Positions 20,001-27,365 are shown, counted from the stretch's first letter. The stretch is DNA of 54,038 nt from Candidatus Fibrimonadales bacterium (GCA_009787645.1 WQSZ01000001.1:7145-61182); one strand, 5' to 3'. Notes: generated by a model not told the origin, from the letters alone. A program made the numbers and translations.

Positions 20001-20710
20001 ATTATCAGGAGCAGCGCACGGTTCGCCCGTATCAGAGTGCAGAGAACGAGTGGCTTACCACAATCGATTTTAATCCGATAATTCGCATAAGCGCACTAAC
20101 TCAGGGCAATATTCGCATAGACAACAGCGTTCGTTTTAAAACGGAAGAGCGTGTGCGCCGTGCGAAAATGGAGTTGCCCGGAACGGGGGATTGGGAAGAG
20201 GAAGAATACATAAAAATTCCTTGGCTATACACGGATAAGACTGTGGACAGGGGTTATGCTTTTGGTGATGAGCTTGCTATATCTTATGCGCTCAAAACAA
20301 AGCGAGGTTTTCAGTTTTGGCGTTGGTATATGAAGCTGGACAATGACATTGACTTAAAATTCACAAGCGGTTACAGTTATCGCAAGACTATACAGGAAAT
20401 TTATGTGGTGCATCCGGATTTTAATCCTTATGATCCTACTTTTTCAAACGGTGATGTGCATTATGTGTTGGAAACACCTTGGGGTATGGAGGTTAGCTAT
20501 AATCCAGAGCTTAAAAAGCTGCCTCGCAGAATTCCAACCCGTGCTCACGAATGGTATTTGCGCCCGAGCGCAGGCTATAATTTTAACAAAGTTGCAAGCG
20601 CAAGTGCTTATATAGAGTATCGCCAGTTGATTGAGCAGTTAAACGATGGTTACACGCACACAAGGCAAAGCCTAGCTTTTGAAATAGCGGTAATGCTGAG
20701 GTTTGATTAA
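14045..20710 (+). CDS. sprA: SprA-like type IX secretion translocon / giant outer-membrane protein
   Basis: 2221 aa with a signal peptide. The N-terminal region parallels the SprA family (LLLQGTMDIRL..., FIVQGKIGRNITVELNNTEG, ILQRLEAGNTSLSL, GLFGIKADWKFGNWRLTTIASQ, KYYFL). Confidence 0.75.
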   Translation: MFRLAIVAAFLLLAGLCFAQPGDSAMQSPVQYIPLPPQAEPLKGLLPQKGISDGMPLKASRPSVVYEHGIDFESRSSVVKARIANSMNKDTLQLWNAYYPELADYSMEMFDVGLNRLWLNSLIGQRNGGFDDPAEGSIYNISIPMKLPAWMKDFGFDRPQLLLQGTMDIRLHGIGVLDDAPGSVDNSLWPSPTLSYVPSFIVQGKIGRNITVELNNTEGGLGVRNRVRIVYAEATPGEFEDYILQRLEAGNTSLSLAGTELTGYAEQHQGLFGIKADWKFGNWRLTTIASQDAGSQESYSIRGKNESTEFQIQDKQFTDHKYYFLTHSMRNAYINARVNGNLPPRWNLTGLKIYKASPLNNKTTTISNAIGVYLPPGSSNPVEIGGLPLVEMQSGTDYVFDANTGILRLKNGSAGMLIAASWSGDGTGRTNSTITHGDRVVLIQFNGSTDNLRDIDKLMLRNTYNVGVSSENSSNFILRMKDRSRNAVDFLRTLGVADSATGVILTNDVSIFLKEGNEYTGDMRLPCRERRWYERNGFPNSADAERAARERCLEPFRNVDSSAAMAALYNMSVNNVRSLYQFRYYFEAVGKRRRSNISVRDPSSSYSVSGGGCLDIAPNSEKLKAGSEVLVRDVDYQVNYELGQIELISERALDPNKEITVNFECEPLFELDSKLLLGARAEYPLKRFSDGSIFGLTALYKNQSVTTENPRLGGEPFSGLLLGTNVRLRDTSETMGKMINAVPFIDTKEKSRWSFEGEFAASYHNTNTSNRKSALIDDFEGSALNLQYPLYRLMWFKASPPGGIESDRGTYIEHQDYRHAGEFVWHSNTTMRYRQIYTPIGNSDVDSREISILSFRLRPNDNLSGKSWGGVMRPNGVYYQDLSQKRYIEIVVRGNVGSLYVDLGSVSEDISVNGFEPNSMLDSEADPGTTMPLNDMGLGNSANVDGQLQVWDCRYSECRSTIIDRTNDRFNPNLLDLSDPPPQINETKGNAGERSFDTEDINRNGRLDTEIRFARYRVDLSEMDETKFEKLQNGWRRFRIPLDQPDTIVSGTGTPLSNILSEAIFTRLWYGNLGPGVAEGRTQIADLKIVGNEWLENSGNNEFGIVSNPVTQNVTGGVNGDIYAPGSVIEHDSSYMKVRVINNRDNAGFYFTSPNTPRERDSETNAILKEQSLLLEYGGLHPGQAVSATRFFDNEVKDFTSYNTINLEVHYETKADTTPIRFALQFGRGGLDGSQDYYEWSFKPVKIECDLSKERVQDCHEKNWKANAFSLPLAEFSNLKNLRGPPPFLKPAERFLSGNRQEKIKIVGDPSNSNVNWIRFVVIADEGTVSEDLEGTFWINDLRLTGVNNEWGFATRLHGQLDFADVFSVSGELRYQDGNFATLKSDGKSPKPTLSEANTRLDVNGAASLNLNKFFKDEYGLRLPFGVSYSSTTLRPYLKPEDDVNLSHDNAFDMFSDLATVNLEIKDTAEERRLRDSSMSKGYQSFSRTKTLSLGFRKDYTKDDNIFQEIFSQIFLERPALNYSYSETERRATKIADSSYQYNTVLEYKLGTFERSQFKLLGVPVELWPSTFDLTLMDLSYSRNVNQERDPNFLEPQVDKITNFTTDLRHKADVRWNFLPFLSFNYTLSINRDMHGGGDREAFTKGDFFSTNGDGGLFAKNFIFDHDHTDRRIYFWDHSDSIPLDTLFNELTGDTTVIWQTARSYEIYDVGSREYGKTYGILRNERNRRQDFRANLSLDWIPFISEFLPMRLSFNSGFTQNKSIPNNFDFYDEDMLSKNFWTIQQNNRFEFSPSLKLPQLAGIAGKNAVSSFFEKWKWREVRGTWSVDLQTNGEDFALWQLYEEQGVEPLQYYLFGLGLGDGYRSRSFWNLVSGNMGLDSRGDYEGFAQYRNQNTDSVVYQGRFDHAVRRSFTTNTALTLPFWDIGVKGDLTWTQTFRQMRENPLFIDTTITWPKVGVGVDIPNFAKRIDFLNSKFRSFSTSHRFDYQEQRTVRPYQSAENEWLTTIDFNPIIRISALTQGNIRIDNSVRFKTEERVRRAKMELPGTGDWEEEEYIKIPWLYTDKTVDRGYAFGDELAISYALKTKRGFQFWRWYMKLDNDIDLKFTSGYSYRKTIQEIYVVHPDFNPYDPTFSNGDVHYVLETPWGMEVSYNPELKKLPRRIPTRAHEWYLRPSAGYNFNKVASASAYIEYRQLIEQLNDGYTHTRQSLAFEIAVMLRFD

Positions 20711-20782
20711 GCGGCGGACCGGGCTCGAACCGGCGACAGTCAGCTTGGAAGGCTGAAACTCTACCAACTGAGTTACCGCCGC
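20710..20782 (-). tRNA. tRNA-Gly (anticodon TCC)
   Basis: The reverse complement GCGGCGGTAACTCAGTTGGTAGAGTTTCAGCCTTCCAAGCTGACTGTCGCCGGTTCGAGCCCGGTCCGCCGC folds as a cloverleaf with anticodon loop CTTCCAA. Discriminator is U and no CCA is encoded. The 3' end abuts the sprA stop codon. Confidence 0.9.
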
Positions 20783-20830
20783 GCAGATACAAATATAGTA
20801 AAAAATAATCATCGTGTCAAGGTACGACGA

Positions 20831-20862
20831 AAAGCCCGTCTGGCAAAGGAGCCAGACGGGGG
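20831..20862 (-). terminator. Candidate intrinsic terminator downstream of the flagellin gene
   Basis: 10-bp GC-rich stem (cccgtctggc / gccagacggg) with a 6-nt loop, followed on the minus strand by CTTTT. A second weaker hairpin (ggaacct..aggttcc) lies at 20861-20887. Confidence 0.5.
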
Positions 20863-20898
20863 AACCTCCAAAGGAGTAAAAGGTTCCGCTTAAACCTA

Positions 20899-22146
20899 TT
20901 ACCCGTTTATGAGTGTCAAAGCTGTTTGCGGAAGCGTATTTGCTTGCGCCAACATACTCGTTGCTGATTGCACCAGTATCTGATTTCTTGTGAAATCCGT
21001 TGTTGCCTGTGCAAAGTCGGTATCTCTGATACGGCTTTCTGCATCCTGGGTGTTGAATTCCAGGCTGGCTATGTTATTGATGGTGTATTCCAAACGATTG
21101 ATGTATGTACCAATCTTTGCTCTTACACCGCTAACACTTTTGATAATCTTGTCCAAATGGTCAATGGTTTCAGTTGCATAATTCTGAGACCTGATGTTTT
21201 TGGTAGAAAGACCAAGCGCACCTGGGTTTAGAGAAATATACGTAACCGTCATCTCGTTAGCCCATTTGCCACCCATGCCGGAGCTATAGTTAGGACCTAT
21301 ATGCAGCGTATAAGAAGCAGCGGAGGTCATATCGTTTATAACCATATCCCTAAAGAGCTGTGCCATGCTGTCACCTTCAGGTTTGGCATTGTTATAGTAT
21401 AGTATATGCAACCGTTCTTTAAGACCAGCAGCACGCTCTCTATCTTTTGCCGTGTCAAAAATGTTTGGATCTAGAGTGCTAAGGCCATCAATGACTCCTT
21501 TGAAAGTAGTAAGGGCGGCTTCAACATTTGCCGGATTATTCACTTCAGCTGTCAATGCAGTAATCGCATTAATAGCGGTTTGGAGCTGAGTAATTTCCGT
21601 CGTATTATTAGTTTGAGCGGTCTGGGTAAAGCCACTTAGCAAAGACAGCATTTTATCGCGTTCGTATTCCAGCCCTCGTTCCAATTGATGTTTGTCTCCG
21701 AGTGCGCCAAAACTTGTGTTTGGGCTTTCGGACCAGTTCAGCATGTTCTTGCCGTTATAGTCTGTTGTTTTAGCTATGCGAGCGACTTCTTTCGTAAGTT
21801 CCTGGAATTCCAAGTCCAAATACTTGCGCTCGGTGCTTGTCAGAGTATCGTTTGCAGCCTGCACTGCAAGCTCACGTTGCCTCTGCATAATGTTTGTGAT
21901 TTCCGCTAAACCGCCTTCGGCAATCTGCAAAGCGGCTATGCCGTCTTGAGAATTCTGCTTGGCTTTTCCCAAGCCTCGAATCTGGGTTCGCATCTGCTCG
22001 CTCATCGCAAGGCCAGCGGCATCGTCTTGAGCTCGGTTTATTCGCAGGCCGGTGGAGAGCTTTTCCAAACTCTTGCCCATGGCCGTGTTGTTTTGATATA
22101 ACGCGTGTTGCGTTATCATCGCATTAACATTATGATTGATTTTCAT
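20899..22146 (-). CDS. fliC: Flagellin
   Basis: 415 aa. Conserved N-terminus (MKINHNVNAMITQ..LEKLSTGLRINRAQDDAAGLAMSEQMR) and C-terminus (DFAQATTDFTRNQILVQSATSMLAQANTLPQTALTLING). Confidence 0.93.
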   Translation of the reverse strand: MKINHNVNAMITQHALYQNNTAMGKSLEKLSTGLRINRAQDDAAGLAMSEQMRTQIRGLGKAKQNSQDGIAALQIAEGGLAEITNIMQRQRELAVQAANDTLTSTERKYLDLEFQELTKEVARIAKTTDYNGKNMLNWSESPNTSFGALGDKHQLERGLEYERDKMLSLLSGFTQTAQTNNTTEITQLQTAINAITALTAEVNNPANVEAALTTFKGVIDGLSTLDPNIFDTAKDRERAAGLKERLHILYYNNAKPEGDSMAQLFRDMVINDMTSAASYTLHIGPNYSSGMGGKWANEMTVTYISLNPGALGLSTKNIRSQNYATETIDHLDKIIKSVSGVRAKIGTYINRLEYTINNIASLEFNTQDAESRIRDTDFAQATTDFTRNQILVQSATSMLAQANTLPQTALTLING

Positions 22147-22214
22147 GACAAACTCCTTTGTATGAGAAAAGCCTCAATCAAAAGCTTTTCTTGTGTGTTT
22201 CTGATAGTTATCTA

Positions 22215-22230
22215 TGCGATAATCGTGCCA
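22215..22230 (-). promoter_or_regulatory. Candidate sigma-54 (-24/-12) promoter for the flagellin gene
   Basis: The minus strand reads TGGCACGATTATCGCA against consensus TGGCACG-N4-TTGCW, one mismatch. It lies about 70 nt upstream of the ATG. The RBS AAAGGAG lies just upstream of the ATG. Confidence 0.5.
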
Positions 22231-22295
22231 AAAACACCGAGTTTGCATGAAAAAGTTATTTTTTTTAATTACTTAAGCGTTTTCTTCAAATTTTA

Positions 22296-22331
22296 CTTTA
22301 AGTTTCACTTTAACTTTAAGTTTTGCTTTAA
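22296..22331. repeat. Array of four CTTTAA (minus strand TTAAAG) hexamers spaced 12/6/12 nt
   Basis: The sequence is actttaagtttcactttaactttaagttttgctttaac, with hexamers at 22296, 22308, 22314 and 22326. It sits upstream of the sigma-54-like element. Confidence 0.6.
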
Positions 22332-22334
22332 CTA

Positions 22335-22766
22335 TTAATACGCTCCGCCGTCGTCAACGTCAAATGGAGGGGAGCCGCCATAGGGGTCACCTTCAATTTC
22401 AACGAGCTTTGAGGCGTTGGTCCAGTCTGCGCCTCTGAACTTCTGAGGGTCAACTTCTTCCCATTTCAGGCGGGTTATAATCTCGCCGGTCTTGTAATTT
22501 ATGTATTCCCAGGTTAAGCCGTCGCTTGATTCCCTGTCCGGTGGTCCCCAAAGGAGGTTTACCAGGTTTTTATTCATGCCTTCGGCTATATGCCCGGCCA
22601 AAAAGATTTTTTTAAGTCTGGCATCTATGCCAAAACCCTCTTGCACAACATCGTAGTTGCGCTCTTCTGCAGGAATGCCCCTTTGTATTAAAATGGGCGA
22701 TTGCTGTTTGCTGGCGCATGAAATTAGCACGCCAACCGCTAATAATGCTAAAAAGATTTTTTTCAT
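22335..22766 (-). CDS. Lipoprotein, BamE/SmpA_OmlA-like
   Basis: 143 aa with lipobox LISC. The segment GMNKNLVNLLWGPPDRESSDGLTWEY resembles the BamE core motif. Confidence 0.45.
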   Translation of the reverse strand: MKKIFLALLAVGVLISCASKQQSPILIQRGIPAEERNYDVVQEGFGIDARLKKIFLAGHIAEGMNKNLVNLLWGPPDRESSDGLTWEYINYKTGEIITRLKWEEVDPQKFRGADWTNASKLVEIEGDPYGGSPPFDVDDGGAY

Positions 22767-22793
22767 GTTTTAAAAATAGTATTTTTTGAACCT

Positions 22794-23750
22794 GTGTTAC
22801 GAATTTTTTTGATTTTAGCTCTATTTTGCAGCAGTTTTGCCTACATGTCCCCATTTTTGGTAATCGGGCCCAATATTGAATATGGGATATCCGGAGCTGT
22901 AGCCCCCGTGGATGTAAGGGGAGCCTTTGTTCCGCAGACAAATGCTCATTTTGAATATTCCTGGATTGAACCCTTAGGTGCGGATAACTATGGAGACTGG
23001 AAATTCAATAAAACGAATTATATGAGATTTTTTGCCGGAGCGGAGCTTTCTCCTTTTTATGGAGCCGTCAGGGCAGGGTTGGGCTTTGCCCCGTTTCCGC
23101 CTCCTTTTGCGGTTTTGGAGATTCGCTTTGTCTATTCAAACCAAAATTTATTTGCTAGCGATGTAGAAATGCCAATGAACCCGAATGACAGCCCTGCCAT
23201 AGGCCAAGCTTGGAATGCCGGATATATCTTTGACAATTTTTACGAGAATTCGTCTTATGCGCAAATTCAGAGCTTTGACTTGCAGCTCGGTGGGAGATAT
23301 GTCTCTCAAAAGTTTAATTTGTCCTTTTTAGTTCATTTGGCTCTCATCGACATAACATCGGACCATGACAAAAAGAGTTTTGACTATATGCGGGGCATTC
23401 CGGTTTACAGCAGAGATTATATAATTGCCGAGGAGTTGTTCGCAGTTTATAACTTCGGTAAAAATTTTTCGTGGAGCACAGAGTTTTCCGCCATGTTCTC
23501 CGGCCGTCGCTTCAAGTTCTATTCACCATTTAAAGCTTATGACAAGGAACCTCTTTACTATTATTTAATATCAACTGGCCCTTTGTGGAGATTCAATGAT
23601 GGCAAATCTTATATTTCCGTGAGTCCCGGTTTTTTCATTCGTGGCGGTAACGATGATTCCTTCTCGGATTCCATAAAGGAGAGAATTTTGCTCTCAGTTC
23701 AGTACAAACATTTTTGGGATTTCAGATTTGGAAAAAATACTAACCAATAA
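22794..23750 (+). CDS. Hypothetical secreted or outer-membrane protein
   Basis: 318 aa with a GTG start and a signal peptide (LRIFLILALFCSSFAYM). It is rich in aromatic/alternating segments. No family recognised. Confidence 0.4.
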   Translation: MLRIFLILALFCSSFAYMSPFLVIGPNIEYGISGAVAPVDVRGAFVPQTNAHFEYSWIEPLGADNYGDWKFNKTNYMRFFAGAELSPFYGAVRAGLGFAPFPPPFAVLEIRFVYSNQNLFASDVEMPMNPNDSPAIGQAWNAGYIFDNFYENSSYAQIQSFDLQLGGRYVSQKFNLSFLVHLALIDITSDHDKKSFDYMRGIPVYSRDYIIAEELFAVYNFGKNFSWSTEFSAMFSGRRFKFYSPFKAYDKEPLYYYLISTGPLWRFNDGKSYISVSPGFFIRGGNDDSFSDSIKERILLSVQYKHFWDFRFGKNTNQ

Positions 23751-24432
23751 ACAGATTATTCTGGAGAGAATAGCTAAAGCGTGTGAATTGGCGGGGCGAA
23801 ATCCGGCAAATGTTCGCCTTATTTGGGTTAGCAAAATGCAAGATGTTTCTGCGGTGGAGGCTGCGATAGCCTTGGGCGCGGCGGATTTTGGCGAAAATCG
23901 TGTTCAAGAGGCTTTGGAAAAATTTTTGCCGCAAAGGCCGGGCATTTCTTGCAGGATAATTGGCCCTGTGCAAAAGAACAAATTGCGAAAAGCCGTGCAG
24001 GTGGCGCAGGCTATAGACAGCGTTGCGGATTTGGAAAGCGTGCAGAAGCTCGAAGCGTTGTGCGAGGAGACCGATAAGAATCTGGAGGTTCTTTTTCAAG
24101 TTAATGCGTCGGAAGAGGCAAGCAAGAGCGGGCTTTCCATGCCGGAGGCTTTTGATTTTTTGAACGGTTTGCCCGAACCCAAAAGGCTTGTTTACAAAGG
24201 GTTGATGACTATAGGCAAAAATACCGGAAACCCCGAAGATTCTCGGGTTTGTTTCGCATTTTTAAGAGAATTGCGAGACTGGATTTTCAATTCACAGCCC
24301 AAGTTTGCGAATTTTTCAGAGCTTTCAATGGGCATGACCGATGATTTGGAAGTGGCGATAGCGGAAGGCGCAACGATGGTGAGGATTGGAACGGCGTTGT
24401 TTGGCCAAAGGTTTACTATATTACCCCCATGA
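23728..24432 (+). CDS. yggS: YggS family pyridoxal-phosphate homeostasis protein
   Basis: 234 aa with LIWVSKMQ...FGENRVQEA...SMGMTDDLEVAIAEGATMVRIGTALFG. Confidence 0.9.
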   Translation: MEKILTNKQIILERIAKACELAGRNPANVRLIWVSKMQDVSAVEAAIALGAADFGENRVQEALEKFLPQRPGISCRIIGPVQKNKLRKAVQVAQAIDSVADLESVQKLEALCEETDKNLEVLFQVNASEEASKSGLSMPEAFDFLNGLPEPKRLVYKGLMTIGKNTGNPEDSRVCFAFLRELRDWIFNSQPKFANFSELSMGMTDDLEVAIAEGATMVRIGTALFGQRFTILPP

Positions 24433-24743
24433 TTAAACACTTGGTTTTTTGGAAAATGAAGCCCGTTGCGGACAATCGTACCGGGAAGGAGAATGCAGAA
24501 GTCATGGCACAAAGGTTAAACGCTTTGAAAACCGTGATCCCTTTTGCCGTTGAAATAGAGGCCGGCGTTAATTTCAATGAAACTTCGGCAGCCTATGATG
24601 TAGGCTTGTACTCGGCCTTCAAAACAAAAGAAGATTTGAATGCATATCAAAAGCATCCAGCTCATCTTCAGGTTGCGGAGTGGATAAACAGCGGCATCAC
24701 GGAGTCTAGAGCCGTTGTGGATTATGAAATAGAGGGTGTATGA
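24429..24743 (+). CDS. Dabb (stress-responsive alpha/beta barrel) family protein
   Basis: 104 aa with MIKHLVFWKMK... and ...YQKHPAHLQVAEW. Confidence 0.7.
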   Translation: MIKHLVFWKMKPVADNRTGKENAEVMAQRLNALKTVIPFAVEIEAGVNFNETSAAYDVGLYSAFKTKEDLNAYQKHPAHLQVAEWINSGITESRAVVDYEIEGV

Positions 24744-25006
24744 CCTCGGAAATAGAAGCCCTGCGACAAAAACTTGATGTAATAGAAGATAAGCTGATAG
24801 AACTCTTAAACGAGCGTGCGGAGTACGTGCTTGAAATAGGCAAAATAAAACATGAACAGGGTTTGCCCATAACAGACCTTCAAAGAGAGGAATCTATTTT
24901 GAGCAGAGTGGCGGAGAAAAATCAAGGTCCGATGAGCAATGAATTTATGCAGGATATTTTTAAAAAAATAATAGAAGAATCGGTTAGGCTGGAGAAGGAT
25001 GTTTAA
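24740..25006 (+). CDS. Chorismate mutase (AroQ type)
   Basis: 88 aa with LRQKLDVIEDKLIELLNERAEYVLEIGKIK..LPITDLQREESIL. Confidence 0.85.
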   Translation: MTSEIEALRQKLDVIEDKLIELLNERAEYVLEIGKIKHEQGLPITDLQREESILSRVAEKNQGPMSNEFMQDIFKKIIEESVRLEKDV

Positions 25007-26066
25007 ACGCATCACCTTGGTGGGTTTTGGTTTGCTCGCAGGCTCTATTGCGGCGGCGATAAGGCAAAAAACTACAATTAGAGCCGTAAGCTCAAAAAGC
25101 ACATTGCAAAAAGCCAAAGAACTGGCAGATGAATTTTTTGAATACGATGATGTTAAAAACTGGTTGCCCGGTTCGGATTTAATTCTGTTGTGCAGCCCTA
25201 TAAAGCATATTTTGTCAACCATAGATGTTTTGCGAAAAAATGCGGATTTGCTCACAGAAGAGGTTATGGTGAGTGATATAGGCAGCACAAAAGCGGAAAT
25301 TTGCGAAAAAGGCTTTGCCTTGCCTAAACCCTTTGTTTTTGTGGGTGGGCACCCAATGGCAGGCTCCGAGAAACACGGCTTTGAGCACAGCGATCCCTCT
25401 ATTTTTGAAAATGCGTACTGGCTTTATTGCCTTCCGAAAAACTTAGCTGAATTGCCAAAGCCTTTACATGAACTTTTAGATTTTTTGGGCAGCCGTCCTG
25501 TGCAAATCGCTCCGACCGACCACGATTTTGCTATGGCCTGGCTTAGCCATGCGCCGCAACTCCTGAGCACTTCAATAGCAGCCGGAATTTCCCCTGAAGT
25601 GGTGAAAAATCATTTGCATCTTGCCGGGCGTGGCTTTAGGGATATGACTCGCATAGCCGGTTCTTCTTGGGGAATGTGGAAGGATATTCTGGAAACAAAC
25701 AGAAAAAACATAGATGAGGCTCTAGGCACTTATGCGCAAAAAGCATTGGAAATAAAAAGCAAGCTTAGCTCAGGGCTGGAAGAAGATTTTTCACGTGGAA
25801 ATGAAACTCGGCACAGCCTGGCAACGGGAAAAAACTACGCTTATCCTCTTTACGAAGTTGTGGCGAACATACCCGATGAACCCGGTTCAATATTAAAAGC
25901 CTTGAATCCTCTTGCGGATGAAGGCATAAATATCAGGGATATTGAACTTATGAAAGTCAGGGAAGGGGTTGGCGGAATTTTGCTTTTGGCGTTTAAGGCG
26001 GAAAATGACGCAAATAATGCGATTAAAATTTTAGAAAGCAGAGGAATCCATGCCGTTAGCCGCTAG
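24999..26066 (+). CDS. tyrA: Prephenate dehydrogenase with C-terminal ACT domain
   Basis: 355 aa with GFGLLAGSIA, VGGHPMAGSE and an ACT-like tail. Confidence 0.85.
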   Translation: MFKRITLVGFGLLAGSIAAAIRQKTTIRAVSSKSTLQKAKELADEFFEYDDVKNWLPGSDLILLCSPIKHILSTIDVLRKNADLLTEEVMVSDIGSTKAEICEKGFALPKPFVFVGGHPMAGSEKHGFEHSDPSIFENAYWLYCLPKNLAELPKPLHELLDFLGSRPVQIAPTDHDFAMAWLSHAPQLLSTSIAAGISPEVVKNHLHLAGRGFRDMTRIAGSSWGMWKDILETNRKNIDEALGTYAQKALEIKSKLSSGLEEDFSRGNETRHSLATGKNYAYPLYEVVANIPDEPGSILKALNPLADEGINIRDIELMKVREGVGGILLLAFKAENDANNAIKILESRGIHAVSR

Positions 26067-26262
26067 AATGACAACTCCTGTTCCCGGAGATGTTTTTATA
26101 GAAAATATGCCGGCTGCCACTATTGGTGACTTGTGTCCGGAAGTTGTTGTAAAGGGATCAAGCTCCGTATTCATAAATAAAAAGCCGGCGGCGAGAGTTG
26201 GCGATCCTATGGTTAAAGGCGTTGTTCCGGCTGGCTTTTCAACTGTTCTCATTGGAGATTAG
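26050..26262 (+). CDS. PAAR-like small protein
   Basis: 70 aa. Three PAAR-type repeats are visible (PLAARM, MPAATIGD, KKPAARVGD), plus the terminal STVLIGD. GAGGA lies 5 nt upstream of the ATG. The ORF overlaps the tyrA end by 17 nt. Confidence 0.65.
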   Translation: MPLAARMTTPVPGDVFIENMPAATIGDLCPEVVVKGSSSVFINKKPAARVGDPMVKGVVPAGFSTVLIGD

Positions 26263-26264
26263 CT

Positions 26265-27365
26265 ATGCATAAGCTTTATACGGAAAAAGAAGCCTTTTTT
26301 AACTGCGCATTTTTAGCGGCACTTGCAAACGGCAATTCCATTATACATGGAGTTAATGCAACACCGGAATTTGCGTTCTTTGCTGATTATTTAAGAGAAC
26401 TCGGCGCAAATGTTTCCATAAACGGAGAGCAATGGGAAATTACGGGCGTGAATTTTAAATGCAAAAAAGATTTGAATTTAGATTGGGTGGGCGATGATTT
26501 TCCTCATCAAAAGCGGAATAGAAAAATAATAGAATGTCTTTTGAGCGGAGATCCTTTTAGCTGCGAAGAAAAAATTCCGGTAAAAAATTCACTTATCAGA
26601 GAGCTTTGCTCATTCGGCGCAGAATTGGAATTCAAGCAAGATGGTCCTGAAGAAACGGATGAGTTTGCCAAGCGCATGGCAAAAATGCAAGGGATAAAAA
26701 TCGAAAAAAAATGGATTTGCAATATTCCGCCGGTTTCGTCTCTTTTAGCGAGGGATCGTTTTATTGCCGGAGATGCAACGCAAGCTGCTTGCCTTGCTTT
26801 GGCGGCATCTTTAATTCCCAATTCTGATGTGACTATTAAGGCGGTTAATCTGGATTCCAGCCGTTCCGGAGTTTTCGGGTTATTTAAGCGGCTAGGCGCA
26901 GATATTGAGGTTGTTTCCCGCCACGAGAGAGGAAATGATGTTTGGGGAGATTTGAGGGTTAAAACCGCAAAGTATATTAGCGGCACACGTTTGGGGCCGG
27001 ATGTTTTAGCCACTTGCCTTGAAGAAATACCTTTGCTGGCAGTTTTAGCATGTTTTGCGGAAGGCGAAACAATTTTAAGATTGCCGCCTTGGGCAACGGC
27101 TTTTTACAAACCGGTGTTATCAATTCTTTATGAAAATCTGGAATGCGGTCTTTATGAAGACGGTTTGATTGTGCGTGGAATTTTGCGTGGCGATTCTAAA
27201 ATGAAAGTTAAAACTTTTGACTGCAAAAATCATCCGATAGCAGGTTTGGCTTTGCATATTTTGAATTTGAAAATTAAAGGAAAAGATAATGTTGCGGGTA
27301 TTGAATGTGTTGAAAATATATATCCGGGAGGGCTGAATTTTGAAAATTGGCATAGTGTCTCGTAA
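26265..27365 (+). CDS. EPSP synthase (AroA)-like protein lacking catalytic motifs
   Basis: 366 aa. AroA-like blocks are present (AFLAALANG, GDATQAACLALAAS, EEIPLLAVLACFAEGETIL, DGLIVRG). The KS..R N-terminal motif, LGNAGT and RVKESDR are absent or replaced. Confidence 0.6.
   Translation: MHKLYTEKEAFFNCAFLAALANGNSIIHGVNATPEFAFFADYLRELGANVSINGEQWEITGVNFKCKKDLNLDWVGDDFPHQKRNRKIIECLLSGDPFSCEEKIPVKNSLIRELCSFGAELEFKQDGPEETDEFAKRMAKMQGIKIEKKWICNIPPVSSLLARDRFIAGDATQAACLALAASLIPNSDVTIKAVNLDSSRSGVFGLFKRLGADIEVVSRHERGNDVWGDLRVKTAKYISGTRLGPDVLATCLEEIPLLAVLACFAEGETILRLPPWATAFYKPVLSILYENLECGLYEDGLIVRGILRGDSKMKVKTFDCKNHPIAGLALHILNLKIKGKDNVAGIECVENIYPGGLNFENWHSVS

Noticed and set aside
22147-22334. Sigma-28 (FliA) promoter for the flagellin gene.
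   Set aside because: I looked for TAAA-N15-GCCGATAA on the coding strand and found no acceptable -10 element. The sigma-54-like match is much better.
22105-22338. 77-aa plus-strand ORF ending ...FKFYFKFHFNFKFCFNY.
   Set aside because: The periodic peptide is only the translation of the CTTTAA hexamer array in the flagellin upstream region. The ORF also overlaps the flagellin start.
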